From positions 23,107 through 87,106 of the forward strand of contig URPE01000003.1 of assembly GCA_900549625.1 (NCBI GenBank): a DNA stretch of 64,000 bases. Direction: 5' to 3'. The notes below the pieces were generated by a model. It did no database searches. It had not been told where the DNA came from and saw only the letters and a list, made by a program, of their open reading frames with translations. This document shows, one piece after another, positions 10,346 through 19,745 of the stretch. The translations under genes and the position numbers were made by a program. The DNA is from an uncultured Mycoplasmatota bacterium. Lineage in GTDB: Bacteria; Bacillota_I; Bacilli_A; RF39; UBA660. Each line of letters begins with the position of its first letter. The stretch's first letter is position 1.

Positions 10346-12289
10346 CTACAAATTTTCTAAAAGTTCATCAGTCAGACTTTTAGTAGATAAAATCACATCC
10401 CCTGAATTAATAGTTTGTTCTTCATCTGCTGTCAATTTTCTTGCTCTAAATTCGGGTTTCACTTTTGCAAAACCTAAACCTAGTTCGTTTAGTAATTGTT
10501 GCTTCTTTCTTATTTCTTTGGTCTTCCTCCTTTCTACTTCATGCTCATATTTATTTTGAATCGTGTTCTTTTCATCCCACGCCTCAAACAATTCTGAATA
10601 TCTAGGATGTTTTGTTAAATCGAACATCTTAGAGTAAAACGGACGCAATCCAGACACTAATAAAATGCAATATCCTTTTTCCATTCTTGCTATCTCATCT
10701 ATAAAAGCTAATTCTCTCCCAACAATATCCCAATTGGTAGAAGATGAACCCTGTTTAGAATAAGTTCGTCCTGATGATTTTTTATACCAAGATTTTTTCC
10801 CTAACATAGATGACATATAATCTAAAGTTTCTTTACTTCGTGAACCCATAAATAAAATATAATCGCAACAATCCAATGCTGTTTCCCAATTGTCTTTGTA
10901 TACTTTTTTTAACTGTGATAATGATTGAAGACAAGTCGTTAAACCACAATTTAATCCACGAATATAAGCTAAATTTTCTAAATAGCGAGGAATAACACCA
11001 AGTTGACTCCACTCATCACAATATATTTGACAAGGCGAAGCAAGAGAACCATTGTTATGACTGGCATTATAATCAATAATAGAAAATATCTGAGTATACA
11101 TAATACTTGCTATAAAATTAAATGTAGAATCATTTGGACTATTAATAATAAAATAGGCAATTTTGCCTTCATCACCTTTAGCTCCTATCCTACTTAATTC
11201 CATAGTATCATTAACTGTTATTTCTTCAAGTTCTGCTATATTAAATGGAGATAACCTTGCAGATGCTGTAATGATGATTGTACTCATCATTTTAGTGGAA
11301 GAAGCTGACACTTTAAAATGTTTCCATTGCTTTATTCCAATGTTATCTGGATCTTTTGTTTCCCATACTTTAAACATATTACCTAAAGTAGAATTGCCCT
11401 CTTTATCAGGTTCTGCCAATCTAATAAGTTCTAAGACAGTTTTAAAATTTCTATCTTTTTCATCATAATTAAAAATGACATAATAAATAATTGATTGAAG
11501 GAACATTGATTCACATCTCTCCCAAAATGGATCTCCAGTATTACTCTCTATTGTTTCGGATTTAGTATTTAACATTAATGTATTAATAAGAGTCATTACA
11601 TCATCTTCTGCAATCCATTCTTCACCTTCAGAATCTTCAGAAACATGCCTGTTTATTTTCTTTATATACATTAATGGATTAAAATGATCAGACTTCCATT
11701 TTTCAACTAAATTTAAAACTTTAATATCATATCCTTTATTAATCAAAGACATTCCACAATCTCTAAGTAATTCTCCCTTTGGATCTGTAAGAATAATTGT
11801 TTCACCATTAGCATTCAAAATGTTTGGCTTAAAATAATATCTTGATTTTCCAGTACCAGGTCTTCCTAACAAAATAACATTACGATTTCGTTTAGATATT
11901 TTCATATTTTTTGAAAACATCTCTGTAGATGTAAATATTTGATTATTCACAAATTCTTTATCACGAAATTCTAAAGTATTTTTAGGTTCTTCCCACTCCG
12001 AGCTACCGTAAGTATTTTCCTGTATATTTTTTTTATTTTGAGTTAAATAAGTATAAATAACCATTGCTGTAAATAAACCTGTAAACAATGATGTTGATAA
12101 TGTTTTTGCATTCAAAACTACTGGTGTTGTTATTATATGAAGTTTATCTAAGGCTTCTGTTAAATATTCAAATTTAAAACTACCATTAATTTCTGCAAGA
12201 CTACTTACTCTAAGAGCATAATAAGAGGCAATGAAAACAACAATAAGAATAATCCATTTACTACTTTTACGAACTCTTTTAACGAGCAA
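10346..12289 (-). CDS. Type IV coupling protein (VirD4/TraG family)
   Basis: Two N-terminal TMs, Walker A (LLGRPGTGKS), Walker B-like (IYCDEWSQLG), 647 aa. Confidence 0.85.
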   Translation of the reverse strand: MLVKRVRKSSKWIILIVVFIASYYALRVSSLAEINGSFKFEYLTEALDKLHIITTPVVLNAKTLSTSLFTGLFTAMVIYTYLTQNKKNIQENTYGSSEWEEPKNTLEFRDKEFVNNQIFTSTEMFSKNMKISKRNRNVILLGRPGTGKSRYYFKPNILNANGETIILTDPKGELLRDCGMSLINKGYDIKVLNLVEKWKSDHFNPLMYIKKINRHVSEDSEGEEWIAEDDVMTLINTLMLNTKSETIESNTGDPFWERCESMFLQSIIYYVIFNYDEKDRNFKTVLELIRLAEPDKEGNSTLGNMFKVWETKDPDNIGIKQWKHFKVSASSTKMMSTIIITASARLSPFNIAELEEITVNDTMELSRIGAKGDEGKIAYFIINSPNDSTFNFIASIMYTQIFSIIDYNASHNNGSLASPCQIYCDEWSQLGVIPRYLENLAYIRGLNCGLTTCLQSLSQLKKVYKDNWETALDCCDYILFMGSRSKETLDYMSSMLGKKSWYKKSSGRTYSKQGSSSTNWDIVGRELAFIDEIARMEKGYCILLVSGLRPFYSKMFDLTKHPRYSELFEAWDEKNTIQNKYEHEVERRKTKEIRKKQQLLNELGLGFAKVKPEFRARKLTADEEQTINSGDVILSTKSLTDELLENL

Positions 12290-13493
12290 TTTCTGGTTCT
12301 TCTTCCTTATCTAATACTTTTTCAATAGGATTATTTTTTTCGGCAAATTTATCTGCCTCTTTTACTAAATCTGCCGTCTTGGATTTTTTTTTACTATTTT
12401 CCAGTAAGTCTTTTGTGTCAGTTTCTTTTATCAAAACAGTTGTTTTACCATCTGGTGTATGCTGAGCAACAAAATCATTTGAACTATATTTTTCTTTAAA
12501 CAATTTATAATCTTCATAGTTATTTAATTCTAATTCAATTATATCATTTGAATTACTTTCTGTTTTTATATCTCTTGCACCATTTCTACCATACTCTTTT
12601 ATTGGTCTATCTAATGGTGCAAAAGTTTTATATTCTTGTAAATCCTCTGATGGAATTGCAATTATCATTTCTTTGTCATTATACACACATGCACCATGAC
12701 TTCTAAGTTCAAATAGTTGTTCTCTTATTTCACAATATTGTTCTTTAGTTATTTTTTGAGTACAATAATTGGATAAATAATCTCTAACTGGACAAGAGCC
12801 AAAATCTTCACCTATTTTACTTAAATCTGAAACTTTTAAATTCATTCCACGAGGCTGCATGATTTCATAATCTCTTCCATCAACAACGCCATCTTTATTA
12901 ATATCTGTAAGTTCATTTTGAGCATATTGTTTAACTCTGTTAGGTGGTATTTTTTCTAATTGTTCATTTAAAAAAGATAATTTACTTTTATTAAAGATTA
13001 AAACATATCTTTCATCTAAATTATCCTGTTCATCTTTAAGTGATAATTTTTTATATCTATCAGCCATAGTTTTACAAAAATTATAAATAATAAGTATCTT
13101 TTTTAAGGCTTTTCTTCTATCATCCCATTTATGAAACTTAATTTCATTTTTTGCTAGTTTTTCCTGTTTATGAAGTGATTGATTTCTACCTTGCTCACCA
13201 CTAGGATCCATTTTCTTAATTCCCATTAAAACATTATTTTCTCTACAAACCGTAATGATTTGTTTTGCTTCGGCTCTTGTAAGTGGTGGTGAAACATAAA
13301 GTTCCTTAGTCGGTCCATCATTTCTAAGAGCCTTCATTGATGATGAAAAATGTTTTTGGTAATATCTATTTGCTTTCTTCATAAACTTTCCAAATAATTT
13401 AGCAAATATTCTTGTTGATTTTTCTGATACAGCAACTGTTTTTTCTGCTGTGTGTTCCAAATCATGTTTTGCATTTCCATCCATACTATGCAA
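12279..13493 (-). CDS. Hypothetical protein, possibly a PcfB-like T4CP accessory factor
   Basis: 404-aa ORF that overlaps both the primase stop and the T4CP start. The assignment rests on position and weak recollection of PcfB/DUF3801 proteins. Confidence 0.35.
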   Translation of the reverse strand: MHSMDGNAKHDLEHTAEKTVAVSEKSTRIFAKLFGKFMKKANRYYQKHFSSSMKALRNDGPTKELYVSPPLTRAEAKQIITVCRENNVLMGIKKMDPSGEQGRNQSLHKQEKLAKNEIKFHKWDDRRKALKKILIIYNFCKTMADRYKKLSLKDEQDNLDERYVLIFNKSKLSFLNEQLEKIPPNRVKQYAQNELTDINKDGVVDGRDYEIMQPRGMNLKVSDLSKIGEDFGSCPVRDYLSNYCTQKITKEQYCEIREQLFELRSHGACVYNDKEMIIAIPSEDLQEYKTFAPLDRPIKEYGRNGARDIKTESNSNDIIELELNNYEDYKLFKEKYSSNDFVAQHTPDGKTTVLIKETDTKDLLENSKKKSKTADLVKEADKFAEKNNPIEKVLDKEEEPEIAR

Positions 13494-16482
13494 CCTCCTT
13501 TTCTAACATTGACATATCTTGAATTTCGTTATCTTCAGAAGGAAAATTTATAATTTTATCATTTTCTAGCGTTTGATTATAATATTCTAATATTTGATTA
13601 CTACTATAATGTCCTACATAATTTCCTTCTTTATCATGAAAACCTATTTGCTCATTTGGTGTAAATTCAATAATAACTGATTCTTTGTTTATTTTAGTTT
13701 TAATAATATTAACATCTATATAACCTGAAATATTATTAATAACTAAAGGTACTTCAACAAAATTAGAATTTAACTTACATTTATATTTTGGAACATTTAT
13801 TGATATTACATCTTTTTTCTTTGATTCATTAGGATAAAATATCTTTAAATATTTACTTATTTCATTATAGTTAATTCTTTTTTCAAAGGTCTTTTTAAAC
13901 CCCTCTAATGAGTATTTTGATAATCCTGAATTAAAGAGTCCCTTTCTTGGGCAAATAATTAGATAACTTTTATCGTCTGTCCAAGTACATATTTTTTTTA
14001 TTGCAAATAATAAAGATGATGAATCATTTGTTTTAATATAAAAACCTTTTTCAGTTTCTAAATAGATTTTTGATTTATAAATCCTACTAATAGGTTCTTT
14101 GTATTTAGAAATATATGAATTATCAAATATTAATTCCTCTTTTGAATTTTCGTAGGAGTCTTTTATTTTTTCATTACTGGGAGTCTTTTGCTTTTTTGTC
14201 TTATCTTCCCACTTAGTTTTTAATTCTTTAAAAGATTTTTCATATAGATATTCACCATTTCTATCATAAATTTTATAATATTCACCATCTCTTAATTTGG
14301 TATAAAATAACTCACCATTTTCAGTCCATTCACATTCATTCTTTGGCACATAAAAATATTCTTTAGCATCAGTATTTGGAATTCTAACAAAATAATGTGT
14401 TTCTGTTTCTAAAGATGAAACAAGCAATACTTGATTTATAGAAAATATATAATCTTCTTTTTTATCTTGTTCTAACTCCTTTGTAGATACAAATCTTTCT
14501 TCAACGACATTACTTTCTTTTGTAATAACATTATTTTTGTTTAATACTAAGTTGTTATCTAAATTATTATAAAAAAGAATCGTTTTAAAATTCCCAGTCT
14601 TTCCTTTAAATCTAGTATCAATAAAATCCTTATCAACATTTAAAAATAGACTTCCAAATTTAAAAAATTCCATTTTTCCTTTATTTAAAAATAATTTTTC
14701 TTTTATATTTTCTTTTAAAATATCAAGAGTTTTATTTTTATATGACAATATCCCATCAATATCATCAAGATTATTAATTATATAAAGTTCTTCTACCTCT
14801 TCTAACGCTAATTTATCCTGATCACTAAGACTATTTTCATATTGTTTTATTACGGTTTGTATCTGATTATCATCTAATCTTATTCTTGCACTTCCATTAG
14901 AATTTTTTATATAAGTTTTATCAAATACATTTAAGTATTTAAAGCGATTCAAGGATTCATAATCCGAATAGTCTTTATTATCTTTCAAAAAATCTGTTAG
15001 TAATTCATCTCTGTTAAGATTTGATGATTCATTTTTCAAATATTTATTAGGGTTCATATTAAAAATTGATACAAGTCTATCTTCAATTTCATCTTTATGA
15101 TTATTGAAATAAAAAGATAGTACCTTGTCATTCATTGAATTAACCTTTATTAAGACCTCTGTATACAAATAATTAGTCATTGCCTTAGTAGCAAAATTAT
15201 CCATCACAGATTCTTTCTTTTTAATTGCTTTTGGATACATTATTTCTTCCAAATCTTGTCTAGTATAATCAGTATTTTCAATAATATAATCTCTAAACAG
15301 GGCATCATCATAGGTGTTAATAATTATTTTTTCTTTTTTCAATTCCTTATAAACAGAAGATATATTTTGAACCTTTAATTCTAGATTTTTAAAGTATTTA
15401 TGACTTAATAAAAAATCAAAACCAGATACCTTACAATCTTGAATATCCATAAAAGATACATCTGCTTCTGATAAATCACCAAAGTCTTTATATTTTCCTA
15501 TTTTAGAAAAATCTAAAACATTAACCTTTAATCCTTTTTTTATTAATTCTGGAATCAGTTTTATCATTGCATCATGCCCTGCACGATCATTATCAAGAGC
15601 TAAGGTAATTGTAGAATTATTTTTTTTGATAAGTCTTAAATGTTCTTCGCTTAATACTAATCCCATCAAAGAAGAAACATTTTCAAAGCCTAATCTTTTT
15701 GCTCCAGCAACATCTAAAAAACCTTCAGATAAAATTAATTCATTATTATAAGAAAGAGATTTAGCATTTGAATAATTGTATAATAACTCTTTCTTTTGAA
15801 ATAATGAATTTTCTGCTGTATGTAAATACTTAGGTTGCTCATCTTTAATTCCTCTACCTGCAAATGATAATATATTTCCTTTTTCATCACAAATAGGAAA
15901 CATTATTCTATTAGAAAATACTTCTTGAATATTTCCCATTTCATCTATTCTTAAATATTTTAATTTAATTAAGTCTTCTCTTGTTATCTTATCATTTTTT
16001 TCTGTCAATTTAAGTAACTGTCCCTTAACTGCAAAACCTAAATTTAATTCATTTATTTGCTTATCTTCTACTTTCCTATTATGCAAATAATTTTTAGCAT
16101 CTTTATTTATTACAGTTAAATTGTAGTGAAATAATTTAGAAAGATATTCATTTACTTCTATTAAATGTTTTTCTTCAGTAGTATATTTTCTTGATGATAC
16201 AATAAACTGATTATTATTTGAAGTTCTATTTAATTTAGAAATATCTATATTTAAATTACATATTTCCACTACTTTTGCTATTGCTTGATTTATACTTAAA
16301 TTGTTACCATTTACTTGTTTTTCGTATTTTTGAACAAATGATATAACATTTCCAGTAACACCACAAGAAAAACAGGTAGCAATATTTTTTTTAGGATGTA
16401 CTACTAAACTTGGATTATTATCATTATGAAACGGACATAATGATTTATTATGATTTAATTTAAGTCCATAATAATTAAACAC
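13486..16482 (-). CDS. DNA primase (CHC2 zinc finger + Toprim) with a ~600-aa C-terminal extension of unknown function
   Basis: CPFHNDNNPSLVVHPKKNIATCFSCGVTGN zinc finger. Toprim motifs LSEGFLDV and LALDNDRAGHDA. Confidence 0.8.
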   Translation of the reverse strand: MFNYYGLKLNHNKSLCPFHNDNNPSLVVHPKKNIATCFSCGVTGNVISFVQKYEKQVNGNNLSINQAIAKVVEICNLNIDISKLNRTSNNNQFIVSSRKYTTEEKHLIEVNEYLSKLFHYNLTVINKDAKNYLHNRKVEDKQINELNLGFAVKGQLLKLTEKNDKITREDLIKLKYLRIDEMGNIQEVFSNRIMFPICDEKGNILSFAGRGIKDEQPKYLHTAENSLFQKKELLYNYSNAKSLSYNNELILSEGFLDVAGAKRLGFENVSSLMGLVLSEEHLRLIKKNNSTITLALDNDRAGHDAMIKLIPELIKKGLKVNVLDFSKIGKYKDFGDLSEADVSFMDIQDCKVSGFDFLLSHKYFKNLELKVQNISSVYKELKKEKIIINTYDDALFRDYIIENTDYTRQDLEEIMYPKAIKKKESVMDNFATKAMTNYLYTEVLIKVNSMNDKVLSFYFNNHKDEIEDRLVSIFNMNPNKYLKNESSNLNRDELLTDFLKDNKDYSDYESLNRFKYLNVFDKTYIKNSNGSARIRLDDNQIQTVIKQYENSLSDQDKLALEEVEELYIINNLDDIDGILSYKNKTLDILKENIKEKLFLNKGKMEFFKFGSLFLNVDKDFIDTRFKGKTGNFKTILFYNNLDNNLVLNKNNVITKESNVVEERFVSTKELEQDKKEDYIFSINQVLLVSSLETETHYFVRIPNTDAKEYFYVPKNECEWTENGELFYTKLRDGEYYKIYDRNGEYLYEKSFKELKTKWEDKTKKQKTPSNEKIKDSYENSKEELIFDNSYISKYKEPISRIYKSKIYLETEKGFYIKTNDSSSLLFAIKKICTWTDDKSYLIICPRKGLFNSGLSKYSLEGFKKTFEKRINYNEISKYLKIFYPNESKKKDVISINVPKYKCKLNSNFVEVPLVINNISGYIDVNIIKTKINKESVIIEFTPNEQIGFHDKEGNYVGHYSSNQILEYYNQTLENDKIINFPSEDNEIQDMSMLEKEVA

Positions 16483-16537
16483 ATCTATAATACTTGCTTT
16501 TTTTAAAACCTCGTCATATAGATTTATATTATATCGC

Positions 16538-17416
16538 CTACCTTTCTAGTTCCAAATCTAAATCATAATTTTTATCATTCTCATAACTAGATAATATTAA
16601 TGCTTCGTTCTTACATCTATAATTAATTTCATTGATTAATCTTGAAAGTAATCTCACATTGGCTTCTACATCATGAACAATGTCGCTTACACTTAATTCA
16701 TGACCTTCATCTAATTCTATCAACTGTCTTATATATCCATCTTTATCAAAATGGTCATAATAGTATTTTAAACCATCAGTAATATCAGTAGCTTTATTAT
16801 TCACTGTTGAAATACTAAATTTAAATGGAAATTTACTTGATTCTTTTTGTTCAAAATTCCAAAATGCACCAGTTTGTTTCACTTTCCATCCCAACTCTTC
16901 AATTATCGGTTTTAATTTATTAATAGGAACAATATCCAAATTTATATCTTCTCTTTCAATATAATACTTACCTATCTTTAATTCTTTAAATATTCTATCT
17001 AAATCAGAACACCATCTCGGTATAAAAGTATCTCGACTTAAAAGATTACTTTCTAAATTTTCAAGAGAATTATTGTAATAACCTCTAAATCCATTAATAT
17101 TATAATGTGCTATATCGCCACATGCGTTTGTAAAAAAAAGATACATTTTATTTGTTAATTTATCCAATGTACCATTTTTTTGCAGGTTTCTATATTCTTT
17201 AACTATTTTTTTAAATGAATATACAGTATTTCCTTCATATAATATTTCCGATTTTAAATTATTATTATCAATACACTTTTGAATCAATATTCTATCATTT
17301 GATTCATTACCAGTTAGAGGCAAATTATCAATTATATTCTTATCTGATTCTATTACATTATTGCTACCAAAAAAAGTTATTCTCTTATTATTTTTCTTTA
17401 GTTCTATACGATTCAA
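16538..17416 (-). CDS. Hypothetical protein
   Basis: 292-aa ORF with RBS AAGGAGA upstream. No motif recognised. Confidence 0.5.
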   Translation of the reverse strand: MNRIELKKNNKRITFFGSNNVIESDKNIIDNLPLTGNESNDRILIQKCIDNNNLKSEILYEGNTVYSFKKIVKEYRNLQKNGTLDKLTNKMYLFFTNACGDIAHYNINGFRGYYNNSLENLESNLLSRDTFIPRWCSDLDRIFKELKIGKYYIEREDINLDIVPINKLKPIIEELGWKVKQTGAFWNFEQKESSKFPFKFSISTVNNKATDITDGLKYYYDHFDKDGYIRQLIELDEGHELSVSDIVHDVEANVRLLSRLINEINYRCKNEALILSSYENDKNYDLDLELER

Positions 17417-17437
17417 TTTTATCTCCTTTCTTTAATA

Positions 17438-17875
17438 TTATTTCTCTAAATCAACATCTTCTTCTACTTCTTTTTTGTTAATTTCATTTTTCTTGTACCA
17501 TTCAACTAATCTTCTTGCATTTGAGCCTATTTCATTCCAACAAGAAGAAATACACATTGTATGATTTTCTATATTTGGATTTTTCATAGCACTTATAATT
17601 ATATTCTTATATGACGGTTCTTTAAAACAAATTAAATCATTTGATCTAACACAAACATATCTCTCCTCTACTTTGTCCTTTAAAATAGCATAAAGATTAT
17701 AATTTGTCTTCTGATATTTAAATATTTCTAAATTATATTTATTAATTTGCTTCTGTAATTCATTCTTTATTTGATTAGGATAATCTTCATAATTTTTATT
17801 TTTCTTAAATAATTTTTCCTCTATCCATTTGTTCATATAATCCATATCTTGATTCCTCCAATCTTGAACATTCAC
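17438..17875 (-). CDS. Hypothetical protein
   Basis: 145-aa ORF. No motif recognised. Confidence 0.45.
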   Translation of the reverse strand: MNVQDWRNQDMDYMNKWIEEKLFKKNKNYEDYPNQIKNELQKQINKYNLEIFKYQKTNYNLYAILKDKVEERYVCVRSNDLICFKEPSYKNIIISAMKNPNIENHTMCISSCWNEIGSNARRLVEWYKKNEINKKEVEEDVDLEK

Positions 17876-17964
17876 TTGATATGATGCAACAAGAATAAAA
17901 AAATGTTAGAACAAATAACAACATTAATACTCCCAATACTATTAACAATATTTTTATCATAAAT

Positions 17965-18993
17965 TTACCTTTCCAATTCACAGTCATCTAATTCAACTTG
18001 AGATTGAATATTTTCAACCATTTTATTAAACATAACTTCATCTTTTTCTATTGCAATGCTATTTCTATTAGTATTTAAACATGCAACAACAAAATTACCA
18101 CTACCTGCATACTGATCTAATAAGGTTTCAAAAGGATTTGAAATATATGAAATAATGTTTTCCAAAAGTTCTACTGGTTTTTCTGCTTCCATTACCTTAT
18201 CATTTTTTCCTCTTGGTTGATAATCAAATGTTGTGGGTAGCATACCATTAGTTCCCTTCATATAACATACATCAAATCCCTTATTAATTAAAATATCCCT
18301 TACTTCATAGGAAGTTTTTCCCTTAATATCAATATTATTTTTAGTTGCTATTTCTATATTTTTCTTGGCATCTAATTTTAAAGTTCTAGGTTCTCCCTTT
18401 GAGAAAATCATAACATCTTCTACATTCTTAGATTTTCTTCCTGTATTAGCAACAAAATCACCTTTTTTCCATGGTACTTTAGCAAAATACTTAAATCCAC
18501 TTTTAATTGCCGTATCTTTTATTTCAAAAAGATATTTATAATTAATTTCAGATTCTTCAGGTAAAAATTCTACAAGAAAAGCTCCGTCTTTTAAAACTCT
18601 TTGTTTTTCCTCAAAATCTTTTTGATTATATTTAAATAATTCATAAGAAGCAAATTTTCTATTTCCTCCTGTTAATGCCTTTGATAAATCGTAAGGATGA
18701 TCTGTTATAATTCCATCTATTGAATTATCTGGAATCATAGATAAATCTCTGCCATCTCCATTAATAAGTAAACAATCATTTCTATTGCCGTTAATTTGAG
18801 AAGTAACTTTATATACTCCACGAGAAACTTTTTCAAACAATCCTTTTTCAACGCCTTCGTATATTCTTGCTCTTATTGATTCATTATTTACTTTCATTAC
18901 AGAGTTAACAAGATTTGTTGCCTCTTTAACAGTAAATTGATTATCATCCAAAAAATACTGAAATAGATTCATTTGAATAGTATTATCTGTCAT
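17965..18993 (-). CDS. Orphan DNA methyltransferase (N6-adenine/N4-cytosine, beta-class motif order)
   Basis: A DPPY-type motif (ITDHPYD) precedes the AdoMet motif (LDQYAGSGN). No adjacent restriction endonuclease. Confidence 0.75.
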   Translation of the reverse strand: MTDNTIQMNLFQYFLDDNQFTVKEATNLVNSVMKVNNESIRARIYEGVEKGLFEKVSRGVYKVTSQINGNRNDCLLINGDGRDLSMIPDNSIDGIITDHPYDLSKALTGGNRKFASYELFKYNQKDFEEKQRVLKDGAFLVEFLPEESEINYKYLFEIKDTAIKSGFKYFAKVPWKKGDFVANTGRKSKNVEDVMIFSKGEPRTLKLDAKKNIEIATKNNIDIKGKTSYEVRDILINKGFDVCYMKGTNGMLPTTFDYQPRGKNDKVMEAEKPVELLENIISYISNPFETLLDQYAGSGNFVVACLNTNRNSIAIEKDEVMFNKMVENIQSQVELDDCELER

Positions 18994-19393
18994 ATTCTAC
19001 TTCATCCATTTCTTGTTCCTTATCTTTTTTTAAACATGGCTCTAATAGTTGTTTTAATTTATCACATAAATCAGTTTGCTTTTTAAATTGAAATGACTCA
19101 TAACTATCATTATATTCTCTACTATTTACATCCAAATCTAACTGAGCAGTCGTAATTTTAAATACTCCCCATGAATGTGTTATCCAAATTCTTTTATTTA
19201 ATATTTTACTTTCCATAATTATCCATAATGGTTGATGTAACTCAACATAATTTTTACTATTCTTATAAAACCAATTTGAATGATCCTTTATTTCATCAAT
19301 ATCGGCTGTAAAAATTAGTTTATAAATATCTTTATATTTTGTTTTATAAATTGAGTTTTGTAAATTATCAGTTCTAATCATTTGCTTCACCAA
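18983..19393 (-). CDS. Hypothetical protein (paralog of 19374-19733)
   Basis: 136 aa. Shares the N-terminal pattern IY-TKY-x3-Y with the neighbouring ORF. Confidence 0.4.
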   Translation of the reverse strand: MVKQMIRTDNLQNSIYKTKYKDIYKLIFTADIDEIKDHSNWFYKNSKNYVELHQPLWIIMESKILNKRIWITHSWGVFKITTAQLDLDVNSREYNDSYESFQFKKQTDLCDKLKQLLEPCLKKDKEQEMDEVEYDR

Positions 19394-19733
19394 TATATTT
19401 AGTTAATATTTTCTTTAGTTGTTTTACTAAGCAATGCAAATCAAGTGAAGAATAGTATTCAACTCGTTCATAAGTTATTTTTTTATTTAATGCTTTTGAA
19501 ATATCCATTATTACAATATAGTCATCATGATATTTTCTCACTCTAATTTCACAAGGCAATCTTTTATCCATTATTGATATATTTATTGTTTCATAATTTT
19601 TTTCACAATTATTCACTGGATTGTGAATTGATAAATCTAAAATATTTTCTATATTTTGATTAAATAAAAAGTTATATAATTCTTCATATTTTGTATCATA
19701 TATTTTTGATTCATAAACTTTATTAAAATTCAT
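19374..19733 (-). CDS. Hypothetical protein (paralog of 18983-19393)
   Basis: 119-aa ORF overlapping the downstream paralog. Confidence 0.4.
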   Translation of the reverse strand: MNFNKVYESKIYDTKYEELYNFLFNQNIENILDLSIHNPVNNCEKNYETINISIMDKRLPCEIRVRKYHDDYIVIMDISKALNKKITYERVEYYSSLDLHCLVKQLKKILTKYIGEAND

Positions 19734-19745
19734 TATCTATCCTCC

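Noticed and set aside
17805-17987. A 60-aa ORF with a hydrophobic segment, overlapping the ends of 17438-17875 and 17965-18993.
   Set aside because: It could be a small membrane protein. However, it overlaps both neighbours and I see no convincing RBS, so it is not called.
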